Part shown: in pieces, positions 38,201 through 50,189 of the stretch | Position numbering within the stretch: the first letter of the stretch is position 1 | Layout of the letters: each line of letters starts with the position of its first letter | DNA from: Lama glama | Taxonomy: Eukaryota | Reading direction: 5' to 3' | NCBI GenBank assembly: GCA_028534125.1 | Contig: CM052816.1 | Location: 21,826,001 to 21,890,000, forward strand | DNA length: 64,000 nt | Notes under the pieces: generated by a model | What the model was told of the DNA's origin: nothing | The model's database searches: none | Seen by the model: the letters and a program-made list of their open reading frames with translations, nothing else | Program-made: the position numbers and the translations under genes

Positions 38201-39285
38201 TCCTGAAGCAAGTGAGGCTCATGCAGTCACAGAGGACCTGTGTGCCACCTGTATAGGCATCCATAGTTCAGCTCAGAAGCATCTTAAGGTCACATCCCTT
38301 TCTCTTGTGTTTGTCCCAGATCTAGTGTAAGACTGTGGTGTGGAGTAGGCTGGGGCTGGGAGTCAGAGCATTGTGACTACAGGAATTGAAGTTGAACTGC
38401 TTCCTGAGTTCTGGGTTGCCTCTGAGGCGGTCTTCTCCCAGGACCTATCTGCTCCAGAGCTAGCCCTAAGCTATGGTGTGGAGTGGGTGCAGTCATGGCA
38501 CTCTCCTAGGAGAAGAACTTCTGCGCAGCTTTACAGTGGCCTCTGCAGCTCCACCCAGTTAATATCCCAGGCTCTCTGGGCTGTCTCTAGATAAAGAGGC
38601 TAGATTGAGGAGCTAGATTGAGCCCTTTCTCAGGTTCTGTCTGTCCAAGATTCAGCACTTAGCCACTGTGTGCTCCTTTGACTCTGCCCCATGTGTGCAG
38701 TGACAATGCCAGCTTAGTTCCACCCGGATTATACCCCAGGTGTTCTGGTCTGTCTCTGGGTAGCTAGACCAAGTCTTTGCCTAGATCTGTGTAGATCCGT
38801 GTAGTGGGGCTGGGGTACTTGCTTTTTCAGATTGGAAAGTGCTGTGAGGCTATCTCTGCCCTGATTGCTGGCAAGCCAGCACATGCATACTCCTCATGAG
38901 TAGAGTCTAGGCATTTCTAGCCCTTGTCTGTCTCAGCAGATTTCTCAGTAGGCAGAGGGGCTTGTCTCCTCTGCACAGGGCCCCAGGACTATGATGCTGA
39001 GATTGTAGCTCGACCTGCTCGCTCCCCAAGGTGAGGATCAGCCCATGCAGACATTCTCTTCCCTTTGGATCCCTCCTAGGGTGCACAGCCCAACCTAATG
39101 CCTTTTTTCCCCATCCTACTAGGTTACATGGAGAGCCGCTAAAGACAGCTTTGCTCATATAGGAGTTTTACCAGTTTCCAGTTAATTTTCTGTGAGAATT
39201 GTTCCACATGTAGATGTATTTTTGATGTGTTTGCTGTGGGAGGCGAGCTGCACATCCTCCTACTCTACCATCTTGATCCCTCTCC
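32300..39285 (-). mobile_element. Near-full-length composite L1 filling MEIKIN intron 6 (young 3' part, older ORF2/ORF1/5' UTR)
   Basis: Several ORF2-like ORFs (32543, 34656, 35303, 35885 with GDFNTPL endonuclease motif, 36230); 5' end GATCAAGATGGTAGAGTAGGA on the minus strand near 39280; includes a 500-N gap. Confidence 0.9.
33048..33547. other. Assembly gap (500 N)
   Basis: Run of N. Confidence 1.
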
Positions 39286-39327
39286 CCTGAATTATATTTC
39301 CTATAGATTTTTTTTTTCCTTTCCTAG

Positions 39328-39367
39328 GTACCTCTTCAGAAGACTATCAGAAATGCCATAGAAAAAC
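39328..39367 (+). CDS. MEIKIN: MEIKIN exon 7 (40 nt): GTSSEDYQKCHRK
   Basis: Long pyrimidine tract + TAG, AAC|GTAAGA donor; phase 1-2; matches recalled TSSEDYQKCHRKT. Confidence 0.9.
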
Positions 39368-40569
39368 GTAAGAACTAACATTTTTAAAGTTGTGTTTTTA
39401 AGACCCTTTGTTCTAATAGTTATGTAGCAGGTATGGTTGTTAGCCCACAAATTCAGATGTTCATTTATTCAGTATTTGTTGAAGACTCACTTTATGTCAG
39501 AACTATTCTAGTTGCTGGAGATATATTTGCTATCTCTCTCTCTTTCTATCTAATTGCTGTAGTGAACAAAAATGATTAAAAACAAAATCTCTGCCTCCAT
39601 TGAGTCTACTTTCTAGTTAGAGGAGGTGGACAGTAAATACTTTCTCTGTGGAGAAAAATAAAGCAAGATAGGGAGCTAGGAAGTATTGGGATAAGGGTTT
39701 GCTCTTTTAAGTAGTGTGGTCAGAGAATCACCATTGAAAAGGTAGCGTTTGAGCAGAGGCCTAAAGAAGGAGACAGAGCAACTGTGTAACTCACTGGAGG
39801 AAAGAACATTCCAAGTAGAGGGAATAGCTGGAGTAATGCCTTGAGGAAGAAGGCCTGAGCTCCTGGTGTGAAGTGAGAGAAGAGAAGAGAGGCAGGCGAT
39901 AAAGTGAGAGAAGCAGCAGGAGGCCAGATCATATAAGGCATTGTAGGCAAATAAAAGTGAATTGGAAAGCTTTTGAAAGTTTTAGAAAGATAATATGATA
40001 TGATTTGTGTTTTAAAAGAATCACTCTAGCTGCTGTGTTGAGAATAGACTATGAAGAAGCAAGGAATTAGGGAGATTACAGTTAGGATAATACTGCCCTA
40101 ATCTAGGCAAGAGATACTGGAGTATGGACTGGAGTGGCAAGAGGAGAGAGAGTGAGAGGTCAGATTTGGATGTACTTTAAAAGCAGAACTAATAGGATCA
40201 TTGAAGGACTGAGTGGTGAAGTATGAAAGCAGTCAAGGCTAACTCCATGGATTTGGCTGGAGCAATTGGAAGGAGGATTTGCCATTTATTAAGATAGGGA
40301 AGACTGAGGAGAAACGTTAATGAAGGAAGATGAAAAGTTTGGTTCAGGGCATGTAGACTGAAGGGTAAAGTATGTGACAAAGATGGTCAGTGAGGTCCTC
40401 ACATTCTGGATTATAAGTGGCCTTAAAGTCTGGGTTTGCTATTTCATCCTGAATGTAATGAGAGCTTCTGAAAGATTTTCAATAGGAGTATAAGATATAA
40501 TAATTTTTTTTAACACCTAAATCTTCAAAGGTTGAAAGAACTTATACAAAATCCTTACAAGTTTAAAAA

Positions 40570-40975
40570 CAAAGATAGCAGACTTCATCAGGAAGTGAAA
40601 AGACAGTCCACAGAATGGGAGAAAATATTTGCAAATCATATACCTGATAAGGGATTTGTATCCAGAATACATAAAGAATTCTTACAACTCAACAATAAAA
40701 GGACAAATAACCCAATTTAAAAACAGACAAAGCATCTGAACTGACTTTTCTCCATGGAAGACATACAAATGCCAATAAGCAGATGAAAAGATGCTAAATA
40801 TCATTATCCATTAAGGGAATGCAAATCAACTTCATTGAAATACCACTTCACATTCACTGGGATGGCTATAATCAAAAAGACAAATTACAGCAAGTGTTGT
40901 CTTGGATGTGGAGAAGTTGGGACTCCCGTAAATTGCTGGTGGGAATTTTAAATGGTGAAGATGCTTTGAAACTGG
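40570..40975 (+). mobile_element. L1 ORF2 fragment
   Basis: ORF 40532-40720 VKRQSTEWEKIFANHIPDKGFVSRIHKE is L1 ORF2-like. Confidence 0.8.
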
Positions 40976-41922
40976 GTGAAAGAACACAAATTGAAAAGCA
41001 GAAGTGATTTGGGGTGACAGATGATTTTAGTTTGGAAAACACTGAAATATCTACCGCACTTTCAAGTGGAGATATCCACAGGCAGGTGGATATCCCAGCC
41101 GGAAAAGCAAGGGAAGTGTTCTGGACTGAAAGCATAATTGTCCCCTTGGGAAGCTATGTTGAGTGAGAGAAGAATAGTATTAATTTGATAGCCTCCTTAT
41201 AGTTATGCTTGTATCTAAATGATGAACATTTCTGAAGAAAAGAAAATCTATTACTGTTATTCTTGGGTGAATTATTCTGCTTTGGTGAACAACAGTGACA
41301 ATTTTAAGCATAAATTATTAAGATCACCAAAGAGAAATGATGATAGACTAACTTTTTAAAATCCCTTCCACAATTCACAGTGCAATATATGCTCAAGGAA
41401 GGAATGATGTTTGGATAATAATGATACCAGTTTTGAGCACTTGTTACCTGCTAGACACTTTGGCATTCTCTTTAGTTAAGCAGCACATTCACCAAGTTAA
41501 ATATAACTTTGACATAGTACCTAATGGAGAAAGAGAATTTTGTTTATATTGTAGATCTGTGTAGGCCCACTTTAGTGACTGTTGCCTGTGTACTGAAATG
41601 GAGCAAATGTATTATAATGCTTGATTTTGTTTTATCTGATCCGATTTTCTGTATCCCTTAAATGTTGCTCTTTCTTTAAAAAATAAAACCTACAACTTGA
41701 ATGTTGCAAAAAAAAGATACAGATATATATATTTATTTTTTAAATAACTAGTCTAAACTTCTCGTGGACTTTGATCACCTTTCTTCCCTATTTCGTGGGA
41801 AAATAATGAGTTAAACTTACTTACTAATGCCATCCAGTTACTTCCAGGTAAGTGTCTTCTGGGTAAGTGCTGAATCTTTCATATTTTCTCTTCATTCCAT
41901 ATTCCTGAGGATGGCATATAGG

Positions 41923-42040
41923 TAGATGGTCATACCTCTAGATTTGCCTGGGACAGTCCAAGAATGTGCCTGTTGTTCTGACATAATTTTTAGTAGAGCT
42001 CTTTTTTACTCTCAGAAGGTCTTAGTTTGGACAGTCACAC
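41923..42040 (-). mobile_element. MER94-like hAT non-autonomous element
   Basis: TTTGCCTGGGACAGTCC...GCCTGTTGTTCTGACATAATT...ACTCTCAGAAGG...GTTTGGA resembles recalled MER94. Confidence 0.55.
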
Positions 42041-44677
42041 CAAATACAGGTTTATAGGTATAGGGGCAGGCCAGGAGTGGGGGAGGAGTGAAGTTGGGAC
42101 TTGAAGGTATCTGAGATCCACAAGTTGTCTCTGAGTTTTTACTAATTAGTGCTGCAGGTTTCAAGACTAGTTCAGTACCTGGGCTGGATTATACTGATAA
42201 AGTCACTGATGAACTTAAGGCCTTATTTAAAGGGTCTGAGGTCCTCCATTGCTTTTCCTACCTTAGCTTTTGTTGCTACCCCAAACTCCTTGAGTCTCAT
42301 TGAAGTCCTCCATCCAGACTTTGACTTAAATGCCTTTCTTCATCCTTTGTGATAAGTCACCTAGCCATGAGAACCCTATGCCATGTATTTTGGTTCTAAA
42401 TTCGACCACCTTCTCTCCATTGCCTTTGGTATGTGGAACCTTGAGAACTGGTTCACAATATACAGGAACTAAAGAATTCTCAGGAGGGCTGAGGCCCACT
42501 CTTTACCTGAGTATCCCATGCTTATTTTTACATTGAGTTTCCACCTCCTGCGGACGTCTCCTCCTAGAGTGCTAAGCAGGGACTTTGGCACTTTGCCCCC
42601 TCTACTTTGGGCTTTCTCTTTACCTCTTCTAATGTCATCTTCCCACCTGTTACCCCTACCTCCAGATTTTGGGCTTGAGGAAGAGAAGTCAGTTCCCATT
42701 GTCTAACTGCTTATTTCCTAAGCCTCTGTCCCCTTTGTCTTTCCAGTAGTCTTTTAGGCTGGAAGGCATGGAGGAGGGGAGCAGTCTTTGGTTACATATT
42801 GAATTCTTTCTGTATTCTAAAACTCATAGTAAAACTCTGGGATTCTCTCCTCTAAGCCTTAATCTACATGTGTCAATAGGAGCTTGACGAATGTAGCAGG
42901 ATGTTAAATGTGCTTTCATGCAGTCTCAAGAGTTTGGGCAGTGACCTCAATAGATTAAAACAAACAGAAATGACAATTACCCCATCTTCTGTTCTATGTA
43001 GAGCCATCTATGTAGAATTTGTAAAAGATGAGGTCAAAACCTAATTCTTTCAGCATTAGCCTGTCACCAATCTCCAAGCTATTTTTAAAAAGGCTAAAAA
43101 TGCCCTGAAAGGATGAAATGATCAAGAATGTTTATTTCTTTAATATTGTTGGTGTTGTATGCAAGGAGTGGGGAGACTTCTTCCTTACCTCAAGATAAGA
43201 GAAGAAGCTCCAGGAGAACCATTTAGAAAGGTCAACATATATCCCCTAGAATTTGGTTTCTGACTCACACCTGAAAAGTCTAAAAGCAAGATGGTCTGTT
43301 CGATGCTTTGGAATGGCTGATAAAGAGGAAGCTAGATAAACTTTCAGAGTTTGGCACAGCAAAAATTTGTGCATATTGCCAATAGGTCAGACATAGATCC
43401 CACAGGGATCATCTTGAAAGGGATCATGCGCAGTATGACTTCCTGAAAAGGATAAAGTAAACTTGACTGAAAGAGACTGGAAGTTCTATCATCAAAAGCA
43501 AAGGCTGAGGTCATCATAAAGAGCAGCAATTGAGGGGGATGTGGAAGTCCTGTCACCAAACCCTTCAAAATACTTCAGGTTTGAAGCAAATCAGCATTTG
43601 GTTTTCTGTCACACCCAAAGGGCACCAATGGCATATTATAAAAGTATCAATCAAGATCAAGAAAGATCTTTTCTGTCCTTCTCTGCAACTCCTTCCTACT
43701 ACTCCAGTGCCAGAGGATCCCGAAGAATAGTTAACAAGCAGAGGGAAAAAATTAACAAGAAACAGAGAAAAAAAACCATGGTTGCTCTCCTCACTGCAGG
43801 TTATGAGTCTAAATTAGACCCAAGTTGGGAAAAGTAAGAGATTTAATTTGGGTAATAAAAGTTCAGTATTGTGACATTATACTGGGTGTTTCATTACCTA
43901 AAGATGACTATTTATTGTCAGAGAATACCACAGAAGCAATGAAATATACCTGAAAGTTCATTCAGGGGCAAGAAAGTACTATTTTGATAGTATGAATTTC
44001 AAGGGGAAATGTGAAAGAATAAAACTCTTTTTTGCTTACTGAGTTCAGCTGTTCAATAAATCAGTAACAGAAATCATCTTCTCACATTTAGTTTTCAACT
44101 CCATTGTCTTGCTAAGGACTTGGAAATCCCATTTTGGTGGCCAAAGGCTGGGCTTTGATCCTTTTTTTTTCCTCTTGTAATAGCTAATGCTCTTTTACAC
44201 ATTTGGATAGAATTGGGAATGGTGTTATTTATGAAAGTGTAAAGGAGAAAAGAATATTAATTTTTTAGGCATTATCTTCTATGTTACTTGTAATCTTACC
44301 ATAAGAACCCTGGGAAACAAGATTGCTATTCCTTTTGCATAAACAAGATAATCTAGACTCAAGACAGGTTAAGTAACTTTCCCAAGGCCACTCAAGTTTA
44401 AGTAGCAAAACTGAGCTTTAAACCGAGGTCTGTCTGCTTCTAAACACTATGCCTTGTCCTCTATACAAATTGTCTTACAGTATTTATAAATGTATAAATA
44501 TATTACCTTTTATTATTAAACTATTTGTTCAAATAGATACGTTAATTTTTTTCTAACCAGTTGTATTTTTTTTCTAAAGGCTAATTGATTGCATAGAAAT
44601 GTCTTTAAGTATTATTTGAGGATTCCTGAGAATTAATGAAAGATTAAGAGAATACTGTCAATTTGTTCTTATTCTAG

Positions 44678-44742
44678 AATGATGATGTTAACAGACCAAA
44701 ATACTTCTCCAAAACCAAAGAGTACTTCAAATTCAGAATCAG
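44678..44742 (+). CDS. MEIKIN: MEIKIN exon 8 (65 nt): TMMMLTDQNTSPKPKSTSNSES
   Basis: TTCTAG acceptor, CAG|GTAATA donor; phase 2-1; DQNxSPK...SNSES similarity. Confidence 0.88.
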
Positions 44743-44962
44743 GTAATAAATAGTGAAACTAATCATTGTTATAATTCTGTTTCGTTATTGCCTGGTATCC
44801 CAGGAAACAGTGCTCTTTAAATGTGATTGTATTTAAGAAATGAAGATACATGAAATTGGGAAATGAGTCTTAACTATCCCCATAGCACACATCATTAATT
44901 CATTTAATAAAACATTTGCTTAGTATGTGCTCTGTACTGGTCTATATATACTGATAGGCAAT

Positions 44963-45015
44963 GATCGGTCGATTGATCGATCGATCGATCGATCTATCTA
45001 TCTATCTATCTATCT
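44963..45015. repeat. Compound (GATC)n(TATC)n tetranucleotide microsatellite
   Basis: GATCGGTCGATTGATCGATCGATCGATCGATCTATCTATCTATCTATCTATCT. Confidence 0.9.
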
Positions 45016-47934
45016 TGCCCTTATAAATTTCAGTTATAGGAGGAGGTAATTGGTAAACAGATACATTTGAGTTATGTGTGATGATTGAAAAATAAAAGAG
45101 TCAACAAAATGCCTTGTATTATAGGTTCTCTGTTATTTAGTTTATTATTGGAATAAACAGCAAGACATTTACAACCTTGTTAACCTCTGCTGTATCTCAG
45201 ATTTCTATTTTCTTTATTTCCTGCAACAAGTTTTGTAGTGTCTATTTGGACATAAAATTAAAGAATTATTTGTTTTGCTCCTGATGGGTATAAATATTTC
45301 CTTGAATTATGAACTGGAAAAAAACATGTTCTTTCATGTGTGTGTCTGTGTGTGTGATCTTCACGTTAAGAAGTTGTCTTAATGAACATTTACAAAATAC
45401 CAGGTATTATGTTAGAAAGTGTGGCTATAAAAATGATTGAGATAGTTTCCATCCTAAGAAAAATTAATCTAATGATGAACACTAAACTTGTAAAAGCACA
45501 CATTATTGGAAGGAGTAGCGCCTACTACCCTAGAGGGCAAGCGTTAGAAGGAAGATTTGTTTTATAGGTCGAAGATAAGGAACTTGTAAACAAGAGAAAA
45601 GAGGTATGAAAGGGAAAGGGGTAAGGGTACCAAAAATAATAATGCTTTTTATCTAGGTCTTGCCCAGTAAAAAGGTTTAATCTGGTTGTGTAAAATAATA
45701 TTTATAAAGCCTGGGAGTAAGGCAAAATAGTGATTCTGGAATTATGTACGCTTTTGTATTCTTACTTTTATGTGGTTGATTGACTTGCTTAAAAATTTAA
45801 ATAAACTACATCCTGCTCTAGAAATATTTTTTACACATTCTTTAACTTAACAAATCCACCTTTGTTCTAGTTTTTTGTCAGGCTCTTTACTGTTAGAAAA
45901 CAAAACAAACAAAAAGAAGGCTATATTCTTACCTTCAATTGTACAAAGTCTAGTAATAGAGACAAAAAAAAACAAGAAATTACTTCTCAGACATCTCCTG
46001 CTCAGTCTTCTTTGCAATCTTATCTACTACTTTTACCCATTAAATGTTGGGGTTTTTCAAGGCTAATTCCTAGATTTTAATCTCTTTTCAGTATGCCCTC
46101 CAATATGTATAGGTGTCCTGTAAAGGGCAGGGCTTCCAGATTTTCTAGTCTGGCATCTTTTCTGAGATTAAGACCCTTCTGTTAGCTGCCTTCTGGACAT
46201 CTCCCCTTGGGTGTTTCAGAGAAACCTCCTTTCATCATTCATTAATTCCAATCATTCAACAAGTACTTATTAAGCAGCTGCAGTGTAACTCAAACTGTGT
46301 TAGTTGCTTGGGAACATGGCACATTCCTTGCTCTAACAGAGTTTATGCTATAGTGGAGAAAGAAGGAAAATAAATAGATAAATACATATATAACAAAATC
46401 AGAAATAAGAGTCATAAGGGAAAATAAAGCAGGATAAAAACAGAAAGTGTGACTAGGGATGCCATTTTAGGCAAGGTAACCAAGAGAGGCCTCTCAGATG
46501 TGGTGACATTTACACAGAGCTTGAAAGAAGTGAGAGAGTCCTTGTGGAAATCTGGGGGCAGAGCATGCTAGGCAAACCATGAGATGGGAATATGTTCAGT
46601 ATGTTTAAAGAAGAGAAAAGAGGTTAGTGTGACTGGAGCAAAATGAATGAATGGTTGGAATTGTGGTCAGAGAGCAAGGCAAGTGGTATAATGTAGAGTC
46701 TCATATGCCTTCGCAAGGAGTAGAGTTTTTTTTTTTTTCCAAAATGTGCTGAGAAGTATATCTTAGAGCAGAGGAATGACATGATCAGATACATACTTTA
46801 GAATTACCACTCTTGCTCCTATGTGGAGAATAGACTAAGGAGGCAAGAGTGAAGCAAGGAAACCATGTTAAATAAAGTACTGCAGTGGTCAGGTAATGAA
46901 TGATGTATACGACTAAAATGGCAACGGTTGTCTGATATGGAGTATATTTTAAAGGCAGATGGGGCAGAATTTTCTGATTAAGCTGGATATTGGGTAGGAG
47001 AGAAAAATAAAAGTCAAGAATGAGGCTTAAATTATTGGTTGAGTGACTAAATGAATGGTGGTATCATTTCTTGAGGTAAGAGCATTGTAGGGCACAGCAA
47101 GGGAGGAGAATGATGAAAAGAGAATTTGGTTTGTGCGTTTTAAATTTGATCTGTCAATACATAATGTTGAATGAAAGAATGCAGACACACGTATGTATAT
47201 ACTGGTTAATCCCATGTGTATACAGTTCAAGAATAGGAAAGACTATTCTGGATGACAGAAGTCAGAATGGTGGTAATCTTTGGAAGGGGGTTGCTGACTG
47301 GGAAAGAACATATAGGAAACTTTTGGGGTGTCGCAAATATTTTATGTCTTGATCTGTGTGATCATTATATGGGTGAATACATATACATATAAGATTTGTT
47401 CCCATTATTCCATATATGAAATACTTTAATAAAATGTTAAAACATTAACAGACTTGTCAGCTTTCAAGCAGAGATGTCATGAAAGCAGTTTGTGACAAGG
47501 GAATCTGGAGTTCAGAGGCAGAGACTAGGATTGTAGATAAATATTTAGAGTTAGATATAAATGTTTTGTAAGCCATAGGATTAGGTAAGCTCACTTAGGA
47601 AGTGAGAAGAATATAAATAAAACATTTCAACATTTAGAAGCAACTGTAACAAAAGTTTTCAAGAGATTAAGTAAAACAAGGATTGATGACTGAGAATTAT
47701 CTCAACGGAGGCCTAATCTAGTCCTCCTCCTCCAGTGTCCTCCATCTCAGTTAGCAGATGTAGCTCAGTAAACTGAAATGTGGGGATCATGCCTGACACC
47801 TTCCTCTTTGTCACTCCTGTGTCTAATCTATTATCACATCTGTGTACTAATTTTATCCTCTTTTTTTGGAGAACTCTCACACCTACTACTTCTCTCTACC
47901 TTGGGAGATGAAGATGAGAAAAGTGATTAGCCTC

Positions 47935-48142
47935 AAAGGTTGCCAGATTTAGCAAATAAAAATAAACAATGCCCAATTAAATTTGACTTCAGATAAGCAG
48001 CAAATAATTTTTAATATAATTATGTCACAAACATTGTGTAGACCTGTACTATTACATGGGAAATACTTATACTAAGTAGTTATTTATTGTTCATCTGAAA
48101 TTCAAACTCAAGCAGGCATCCTATATTTTATCTAGCAGCCTA
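47935..48142. mobile_element. MER53 palindromic hAT MITE
   Basis: GGTTGCCAGATTTAGCAAATAAAAAT...TATTTTATCTAGCAGCCTA termini; internal inverted repeat; degenerate 8-bp TSD TTAGCCTC/TTAACCTG. Confidence 0.8.
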
Positions 48143-48187
48143 TTAACCTGTGCAATGAGGCTGGAAATATGTAAGCAACACAGGAAT

Positions 48188-48365
48188 TATAAAAACAGGA
48201 TTTTGTATGCCAAGTTAAGGAGCTTGAGTTTTAATTTTAGGACAGAGTATAAAAACAGGATTTTGTATGCCAAGTTAAGGAGCTTGAGTTTTAATTTTAG
48301 GACAGAGTATAAAAACAGGGTTTTGTATGCCAAGTTAAGGAGCTTGAGTTTTAACTTGAGGACAG
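48188..48365. repeat. Tandem repeat, 3 x 60 bp
   Basis: Unit TATAAAAACAGGATTTTGTATGCCAAGTTAAGGAGCTTGAGTTTTAATTTTAGGACAGAG; copies 1 and 2 identical, copy 3 has three substitutions. Confidence 0.95.
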
Positions 48366-48899
48366 TGGAAAGCCTTTGAAGAGTTTTAAGCATATGATAT
48401 TAAATTTGTATTTTAGGTATACAGTGTGTACAGTGGACTGCAGAGGGAAGTGAATTGAAAAGCTATAGGAAGCTAGGTAGCAGGAAGGGGTATGAGGTAC
48501 AGATAAAGTTTTCGGTACTATGAAAAAGGCCTGAGTACGTTTTAAATGGTGGTAGAAAAGTAGCAGTAGAAAGGGAGAGACTGAAAATACAGGAGAGTGG
48601 AAATGAAAGGATAATTAAAAATTCTAGCCACATGCAACTTTATAAATTGAAAGGTTATCTTTTATATACAGTTTATTTCCTCCTGTGAAGCCTGGAGCTC
48701 TTGACATGAAAATATTTTAAAGAATACCTTCTCCTATCTGTAGCAAGTCAAGTTAGTCAACATATATTAAGTTTTACCTAAAACTGTTACAAAGTCACAA
48801 TCATTAAATCAGTTTTTTTCCAAATTTGAGTTCCTTTTCTTTACTTAAAGCTAACTACAAGTTAAATAATTAAAATACTAAATTATATTTTTGTTATAG

Positions 48900-48970
48900 A
48901 TAATGCAGATTGTGAAGTTTTGCTTACTGGGAAAATTTATCCTTCAATCCCTGAAAAAACAGAGAAAAAA
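48900..48970 (+). CDS. MEIKIN: MEIKIN exon 9 (71 nt): DNADCEVLLTGKIYPSIPEKTEKK, GC-type donor
   Basis: TTATAG acceptor; AAA|GCAAGT donor gives phase 1-0; an alternative GT lies at 48975. Confidence 0.87.
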
Positions 48971-50189
48971 GCAAGTATTGAAGCAGAATAACTATATAAA
49001 CCACAAATTTCATTAATATAGGACATATTTTTAAATAACACTTTTATAGGAATTATTTTTCAGCTATTTAAGTCAATAATTTAAAATATTTTTGGAGTTT
49101 AGCGATTAGATTACTTTATTGTTATATGAATGTATATTCTTTATACATTTAATGATAGCAGATTAAAATTAAAATTTTTTCTAATTTCCTTTTGGATAAT
49201 TGGATGTCTATTAATCATTATTTAAAGTAAAATTAGACATCTGCTATGTAACCAGAGCAGTGTTTTATGCCAAGGAATACTTGTGAATTAGTACATTAGG
49301 CTTTGAATCTAGAGGTTTTTGGGGAGGAATACAAACTTTATTTTGTATATAGCAGGAGCTACTATTTGAATGGCTACTCATTGTTAAGCATTATTCTAAG
49401 CTCTTTTCATTAGTTATATCTTTTCATAGCATTCCTATGAGGTAAGTTTTTTGTGTTTTTTTATAGTTATTTTACAGATAAGATGTTAACCAATATGCTT
49501 GAAGAGTTTGTGGCAGGTCTTTCTGTATCTAAAAACCTGTACTCTCCCCACTATATCTTACTGTTACTGAATTCACTGGGGAGCAAATTGGAAGAGGTCC
49601 AGCAGGTTCATTAATACAAAGTTACAAAGGTTTTTGATGGGAGATTTTGGTGGCATTAACTAGGATGCTTTGTAGGAGAGATGGAAAAATATGCATGAGT
49701 TTAAGATAATTTTACCTGAAGAGTTCATGGACTGGATATAGAGAAGGAAAGAGTAAGAGGTGTCAAGAAAGACTTCTAGGTCTGTGTCTCAAGCAGCTTA
49801 GGTGGGTAAAGGTGCTATATAATGTGATAGGACAGATAGGAGGTCTGAGGGCACATGAAGATGAAAGTGTTGAAATGGTCATTGGCTGTAAATCTGCAGG
49901 TCAGGAAAACAGAGGAGGAATGTACAGTATTATAGATATTTTAAAATTCGTGGAAATGGGCAAAATCACCTGGAAAAGAGTATTTATAGAGTGAGGAAGA
50001 GAAGGGGGTCCAGGATCAATTATTGGAAAACTCTACAGTCAGGTAGAAAAGGAAGAAGATGGAGAGAAGGAGGAAAATAAACAGAATATGGTATCATAGA
50101 AGCTAAGAGAAGAGAGTATTTGCTCCTAAAAGGGGGAGTGGTCAAGAATGCTGAATACTGCTTGGAGGTCCAGTGTTATAAAGAATTTT

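Noticed and set aside
48188..48365. CRISPR-like array or repeat-protein ORFs (48155-48379 and 48187-48393)
   Set aside because: Units are contiguous with no unique spacers, the context is mammalian, and the ORFs merely reflect a stop-free 60-bp period.
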